A stretch of DNA of 64,000 bases, taken from a virus. Lineage: Duplodnaviria; Caudoviricetes. The number at the start of each line of letters is the position of its first letter. Position 1 is the stretch's first letter. Made by a program: the position numbers and the translations under genes. Positions 59,308-64,000 of the stretch are shown piece after piece. The notes below the pieces were generated by a model. That model had not been told where the DNA came from. It saw only the letters and a program-made list of their open reading frames with translations, and did no database searches. The stretch lies in IMG/VR virus record IMGVR_UViG_3300037249_001368, positions 32,001 to 96,000 of that record; one strand, given 5' to 3'.

Positions 59308-61161
59308 ATGTTTGAAATTAAAAGAGACAGGATTTACAAACACACGCATCTGAAGCAAGAGGATGCAGACCGTTTGCGTCCCCTGATGGAAAACGCCTTC
59401 CGTGATGAACTTTCTCGCTATGACGGCCGTCCCGCACTGAGGGAAGAGAAACTCCGTTTCATCACCGAACAATACGCCAACCGTTGCCGTGTGTCTTCGG
59501 CTGTGGGTCAATCGCCCCTGCACGAGGATGCCAAAATCTTCGGTGGTCTCGATGGTAGTCTTACCAACCTCTTTGAGTCTGTCAGCGCTCCTGGTAACAT
59601 CATTAATATGGGTAACGTTCGCAACCCCATGAACGGAACCGACGTCGATGGTGGTATTTGGAACCCTGGTTACAAGAGAGGCACTGGTGACATTCCTTCG
59701 TATGTCTTCGGCCTTCAAAGCCACATCGCCCTCCACTGCATCGGCTTCGACCTGATTCCTACGATTTCGGTCGATACTCCGAAGCCCGTCGTGAGTTACG
59801 TGGACATCGTCTACGGTGGTGGTACCCTCGCCGACAGTGAGAATCTTCCTTCGTACCTCGAGTTTGCCAGCAGCTTGTTCACCAAATCTTGGGTGACCAC
59901 TCACAACCTCGTTCGCGCTACGACTGAAGTCTACATCGTCGCCGACACCGCCTCCGCAAAGAAAGCTCTGAAGCTCCGCTTCCACAGCGGTTCTACGGTT
60001 CGCGCCGCCATCAACGCCGAAGTGCTCGCCACTGGTGTTATGACGACCCTGCCCGTTGACGCTACCAGCAAGGGTGCTTATACTTGGGACAACAGCTGCA
60101 GCGTTAAGGACGTCCTTGACCTCGTTGCTGACACCACCAAGTCGCACATCGTGTCTATCGAAGGTGCCGCTGCTACTGACACCTACGTCGAAGCCATCAC
60201 CGAGCTCTACGCCAACTATCTGTCCGCTACCCGTACCAACATCGCCGAGGCCACCTCGAACAACAACAGCTTCGGTGGTATGACCCGTGAGCAAATGGAG
60301 AAGGGTCCCGTCCACAAGCTGAACGTCGTGACTATGGACGAGCAACTCGACATCGTCGGTATTGAAATCGAGGCCGACACCACGAATATCCAAATCAAGG
60401 ATATGGCTGCTATGGGTGTCCAAGTCATTTCTTACCTGTACACCGGTGTCCAAAACGCTCTGGTCCAATCCCTCGACGAGTTCATCCTCGACCACCTGTA
60501 CGCAATGGGTGTCACTGCCGCCGTCAATGCTTATCAGTCTCAAGGTATCAACCACAGCCTGTACATTGACAACCCGAGCAACACCACATATGCCATGAGC
60601 GGTTATCCTTATCCGTTCAAGGACGTCCTCGGTCGTGACCGTCGTGCTGAGATGGGTACTATCACCAACGCTATGGTGACTACTGGTTACGAGAACCAGA
60701 TGACTCACAACGAGCGTCTGTATCGTCGTATCCTCCTCATCGCTGAGTACATCGAGCAACAGACCCGTATCGCTCCCGCTGACATGCTTGTCGCTGGTGG
60801 AGAACTTTGCGCCGCCATCAAGGCTCACAGCTCCTTCACTACCAGCCCCACCCCGAACACCATGACTCAAAGCCCTGGTATCCAATACTACGGCACCATC
60901 TACCAGACCATCAACGTCTTCAAGAATCCGAAGTGCGACTTCAACGATTCTCGTATCTTGGTCTTCCGTCGTGGTGATGACAAGGACACTGGTTCTAAGC
61001 TGTTGGCCTACGACCTGGCTGCAAGCCGTCAAATCGTCGCCGAGCAAACGATGGCTGAGAAAATCCGTGTGTGGTCTCGCTTCAAGATTGCCGACATCGG
61101 CTTCTATCCTGAGCTCAACTACTACACGATGGTTGCCATCAACACCTACAAGTTCATCTAA
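59308..61161 (+). CDS. Major capsid protein, T4 gp23-like
   Basis: 617 aa after protease/scaffold; strongest codon bias; IGFDLIPTISVD and QIVAEQTMAEKIRVWSRFKIADIGFYPE. Confidence 0.85.
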   Translation: MFEIKRDRIYKHTHLKQEDADRLRPLMENAFRDELSRYDGRPALREEKLRFITEQYANRCRVSSAVGQSPLHEDAKIFGGLDGSLTNLFESVSAPGNIINMGNVRNPMNGTDVDGGIWNPGYKRGTGDIPSYVFGLQSHIALHCIGFDLIPTISVDTPKPVVSYVDIVYGGGTLADSENLPSYLEFASSLFTKSWVTTHNLVRATTEVYIVADTASAKKALKLRFHSGSTVRAAINAEVLATGVMTTLPVDATSKGAYTWDNSCSVKDVLDLVADTTKSHIVSIEGAAATDTYVEAITELYANYLSATRTNIAEATSNNNSFGGMTREQMEKGPVHKLNVVTMDEQLDIVGIEIEADTTNIQIKDMAAMGVQVISYLYTGVQNALVQSLDEFILDHLYAMGVTAAVNAYQSQGINHSLYIDNPSNTTYAMSGYPYPFKDVLGRDRRAEMGTITNAMVTTGYENQMTHNERLYRRILLIAEYIEQQTRIAPADMLVAGGELCAAIKAHSSFTTSPTPNTMTQSPGIQYYGTIYQTINVFKNPKCDFNDSRILVFRRGDDKDTGSKLLAYDLAASRQIVAEQTMAEKIRVWSRFKIADIGFYPELNYYTMVAINTYKFI

Positions 61162-61192
61162 TCCTTCGGGATTACCTGAAGTAGGAAACCCT

Positions 61193-61233
61193 GAAAGGCC
61201 GCCCCGCAGGTTTGCGGCGCGGCCTTTCTTTTT
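61193..61233 (+). terminator. Intrinsic terminator after the capsid gene
   Basis: GAAAGGCCGCCCCGCAG-GT-TTGCGGCGCGGCCTTTC-TTTTT. Confidence 0.85.
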
Positions 61234-61269
61234 AACATACTCCACAAATCGACCATAAACACAGAAAAC

Positions 61270-62673
61270 ATGTCCTCGTCATATTCCAACAAATACGCCG
61301 ACCCGATTAAGATTAACGATTTTACGTTGATTAAATTGAGTTATACACCAAGTAAAAACTGCGACTTTCTGAAAGTGGATTATAGCCAGTTTGGTGCTTT
61401 CGGCAATCATTACATTGAAGTCAATGACTTGGTTTTTGATGGCCAAGGAAATCCAACAGACTACATCGCTGACATTAATACAGTGGTTTGGGACAGAGGT
61501 TCCAACGAGTACGCTCACAGACAAAACCACGATTATATCGAGGGCACTGTTTACACTCCAGCACTTTCAACCCTCATCAGGGATAAAGAATTTCTGAATG
61601 TGGAATTTTTCATTCCTCAACTGTTCAACTGGAAAAACATTTACGGTATTCATTTGATTATCAAAGGTGCCAATACGGAAGACATATACGTTTCCAAAAT
61701 AATTCCTATTTCAGGATTCAACATTTCTGAAAGCAGAGAATTATATTATGGACAGTTTTGGATGGAATCCAACAACACAAGAATACCCTCCGTCTCAGAA
61801 GATTTATACATCCAAACCACAATAATCACAACCGACCAGATTTCACTGGAAGGTTATGATTATAATTACCCCAATACATTTGAGCCTTTAATCGAAGACA
61901 AGATTTTTCCCTCATTCATAACTACAGACCTGTCATTCGACAAAGCCAAATTCTTACACATTTTCCCAATGACACTTGAAAGCAAGACATTGGAAAATTC
62001 TTTGAAAGATTACTTCGGATATTCACGGGATAAAATCGTCCCAATCACCATACAGCATGTAGTTTCATTCCAAGGCCTTAACCAAAACACACAACAATAC
62101 GAAACACACCAAATCAGAGTTTCAAACGAGGAAAACAACTTCAGTGAGTGTGTTGTAGGCTTGAACTTGATGCCATTTATCGACTTAGAAAATCCTGAGG
62201 AACTTATCACAATCACGGTGAACACCGAAATCAATGTTGATGGAAAATTCATGTACCGTGAAAATTCTATATCAACAGACTTCAGCACCGAAATCGCCAA
62301 TTTCCTTGACCAGTTTGTGAATCCCACCTCGGTGATTTTCCAAGACGTCACCGAAACCACCCAAGTGAATCAGACTGTTATCAACAAACCGACTACAACG
62401 AAAATAGTCAAAGTATATCAGCCGATTTTTGTGAAGTACATCGAGCAAGATATCACTTACGCCAGAACAAACATTTCATTTGAAAACATCACCGAGAAAT
62501 CATTCATGGTTGTTGGTGATGAAACCATTCAATCAGATGTAACCAGTGATGGTAAGTACTACTTCAATCTTACAAAACTCACACCTCCAAAATCAGACAC
62601 ACCTTATAAATTGTATCTGTCTAATAACGAAACTGAAGTTGGTTCAGGTATGATGTTTGCCAAAGAGAAATAA
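61270..62673 (+). CDS. Hypothetical (probably structural) protein
   Basis: 467 aa ORF. Confidence 0.7.
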   Translation: MSSSYSNKYADPIKINDFTLIKLSYTPSKNCDFLKVDYSQFGAFGNHYIEVNDLVFDGQGNPTDYIADINTVVWDRGSNEYAHRQNHDYIEGTVYTPALSTLIRDKEFLNVEFFIPQLFNWKNIYGIHLIIKGANTEDIYVSKIIPISGFNISESRELYYGQFWMESNNTRIPSVSEDLYIQTTIITTDQISLEGYDYNYPNTFEPLIEDKIFPSFITTDLSFDKAKFLHIFPMTLESKTLENSLKDYFGYSRDKIVPITIQHVVSFQGLNQNTQQYETHQIRVSNEENNFSECVVGLNLMPFIDLENPEELITITVNTEINVDGKFMYRENSISTDFSTEIANFLDQFVNPTSVIFQDVTETTQVNQTVINKPTTTKIVKVYQPIFVKYIEQDITYARTNISFENITEKSFMVVGDETIQSDVTSDGKYYFNLTKLTPPKSDTPYKLYLSNNETEVGSGMMFAKEK

Positions 62674-62695
62674 TCCATCATAAACCACTATAATC

Positions 62696-63007
62696 ATGAA
62701 AACACCAGGAAAAGTAATAAACAATTCTGCGGAGAACATGGCTGATATTATATCCATGACTCCTAAACAGTTGGAACTGTTTACAATCATGAGAAATTCC
62801 ATGATTGAGATTTTTCCTTACGAGGATAAGAGAAGGAAAAAATTCTACGATGATACGATTGTTTTATCTGAGTGTTTCGGTATAATAGCCGCCAAAGGAC
62901 TTCAACAATATATAGAGAGGGAAATTAATACAGTAAAAACCCAGCACGATGTCGAAATTAATAAGATAAAAACGGCACTCGCTGCATTAGGTGTCATCAT
63001 ACCATGA
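62696..63007 (+). CDS. Hypothetical protein
   Basis: 103 aa ORF. Confidence 0.65.
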   Translation: MKTPGKVINNSAENMADIISMTPKQLELFTIMRNSMIEIFPYEDKRRKKFYDDTIVLSECFGIIAAKGLQQYIEREINTVKTQHDVEINKIKTALAALGVIIP

Positions 63008-63150
63008 ATCATTGGACTAAAATATACGACAAATTCTTTCCTAAAATTTCTAGGAAAAATGGACTCTTTGCCTCGTTGGTAATGATGTTCAAATACATGT
63101 TTATACAGTTCGATGACTACGTGAATAAGAACATAAACAAGGACATTTGA
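63004..63150 (+). CDS. Small hypothetical protein (48 aa)
   Basis: ATGA overlap; ends 1 nt before the next ATG. Confidence 0.45.
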   Translation: MNHWTKIYDKFFPKISRKNGLFASLVMMFKYMFIQFDDYVNKNINKDI

Positions 63151-63151
63151 C

Positions 63152-64000
63152 ATGTTAGAAGCCGACCAGAACACAATCGACCAGCTGTACCATTGGGGTC
63201 TGTATGCTGAAGATACCTCGACTCAGTTATCCGTCAGGGGTTTGAATCCTGACTTTACGGATGATGGGGCGAGTTCATCCGTGCCTAATAGTGAAGGCAC
63301 CGCCTTGTTCAAAAGATACATGGCACAGAAGCTCCCAACATCAATCATGGGTAAGATTCAAGCAATATCCTTGAAAGACATACCCTATGATGACAGGAAT
63401 CTTCGCGACGAACTCGACTATAAAAAACATTTCAGAACATATACAGACCTGTGTTCTATATTCACGAAAATCGACAACAGAAATTATGCTCCTCAGTACC
63501 ACGCACCAGGATATGAATACTATCCTGATGATTTTGTGTATGTTACAAAATGTGGTTATCCGCTGAACCGACTCATAACTCTCAGACGTTTTCCATATCC
63601 TTGCATGGATAATATCTTTGATGAATATCAGAAAGATTCTGATGTTACAAGGATGATTACCTATTTTGACAATAACATGAACAAGTTGGAAGACATACTT
63701 GGTTTCAGTTATGGTTTGAATTGGAAAGAACTCCAAGCAGGTTATGAAGCAATGCAAATGCAAGGTTCTGACAATGAGGGTCTGACAGGTTACATGAAAA
63801 AGACCGCTGTAATATTCGGTGACGAAGAACTGATTAAGAACCGTTTGAGAGGTCCGAATGGAAACATGGTGTCACCCGACCACGACGCTAATAAAGCACA
63901 TGGTCCTGTTGATTCAATCACCACAACACACATCAGGGACGTTGGTCTGAATTTCGACAAGGAGTTTTCCTTGAAATTTGAATATTCCTCACGCAGTCTT
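63152..64000 (+). CDS. Partial CDS running off the window; probably structural
   Basis: MLEADQNTIDQLYHWG...YPLNRLITLRRFPYPCMDNI..., apparently open to the window end and absent from the ORF track. Confidence 0.75.
   Translation, partial: MLEADQNTIDQLYHWGLYAEDTSTQLSVRGLNPDFTDDGASSSVPNSEGTALFKRYMAQKLPTSIMGKIQAISLKDIPYDDRNLRDELDYKKHFRTYTDLCSIFTKIDNRNYAPQYHAPGYEYYPDDFVYVTKCGYPLNRLITLRRFPYPCMDNIFDEYQKDSDVTRMITYFDNNMNKLEDILGFSYGLNWKELQAGYEAMQMQGSDNEGLTGYMKKTAVIFGDEELIKNRLRGPNGNMVSPDHDANKAHGPVDSITTTHIRDVGLNFDKEFSLKFEYSSRSL

Noticed and set aside
59206-61245. 679-aa minus-strand ORF and similar ones (55725-56666, 58557-59291, 40047-40826, 47813-49015)
   Set aside because: Antisense shadows of strongly codon-biased + strand genes, with no recognisable motifs.
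1-64000. TAG- or TGA-recoded genetic code as in Lak or some crAss-like phages
   Set aside because: Long genes are intact in code 11, and TAG/TGA end genes at sensible positions.
1-64000. tRNA/rRNA genes, integrase, transposase, terminase large subunit
   Set aside because: None recognised by eye; a tRNAscan/HMM run would be needed to exclude them formally.

Overview
64 kb of a large myovirus-type (jumbo) phage genome, almost all coded on the + strand in the standard code (TAG, TAA and TGA all act as stops). It holds a T4-like virion module: baseplate wedge, fibre-like proteins, neck gp13/gp14-like, sheath, tube, tape measure, portal, prohead protease, scaffold and major capsid. A few accessory genes are mixed in (OmpA-family, RuvC-like, HD, GNAT, ferritin-like). 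The host is probably Bacteroidota, inferred from the OmpA type and the A-rich leaders without Shine-Dalgarno sites. The left end carries a diversity-generating retroelement (target/VR, hairpin, Avd, TR, RT) with clear adenine-specific VR/TR differences. Its RT lacks the whole catalytic core, and the apparent deletion junction is the only GATC I found in a GATC-avoiding sequence. The most unusual signal is a dispersed family of about 9 covarying hairpins (CRC-GAA-CRTYY-GNA-RRATG-TGA-GYG) sitting on or just after stop codons, with the stop codon itself kept base-paired by compensatory changes. Also present are a recurrent late-promoter-like motif TAATA(A/C)ATA and several candidate non-coding loci. 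All protein calls come from motif recognition and synteny, not database searches.
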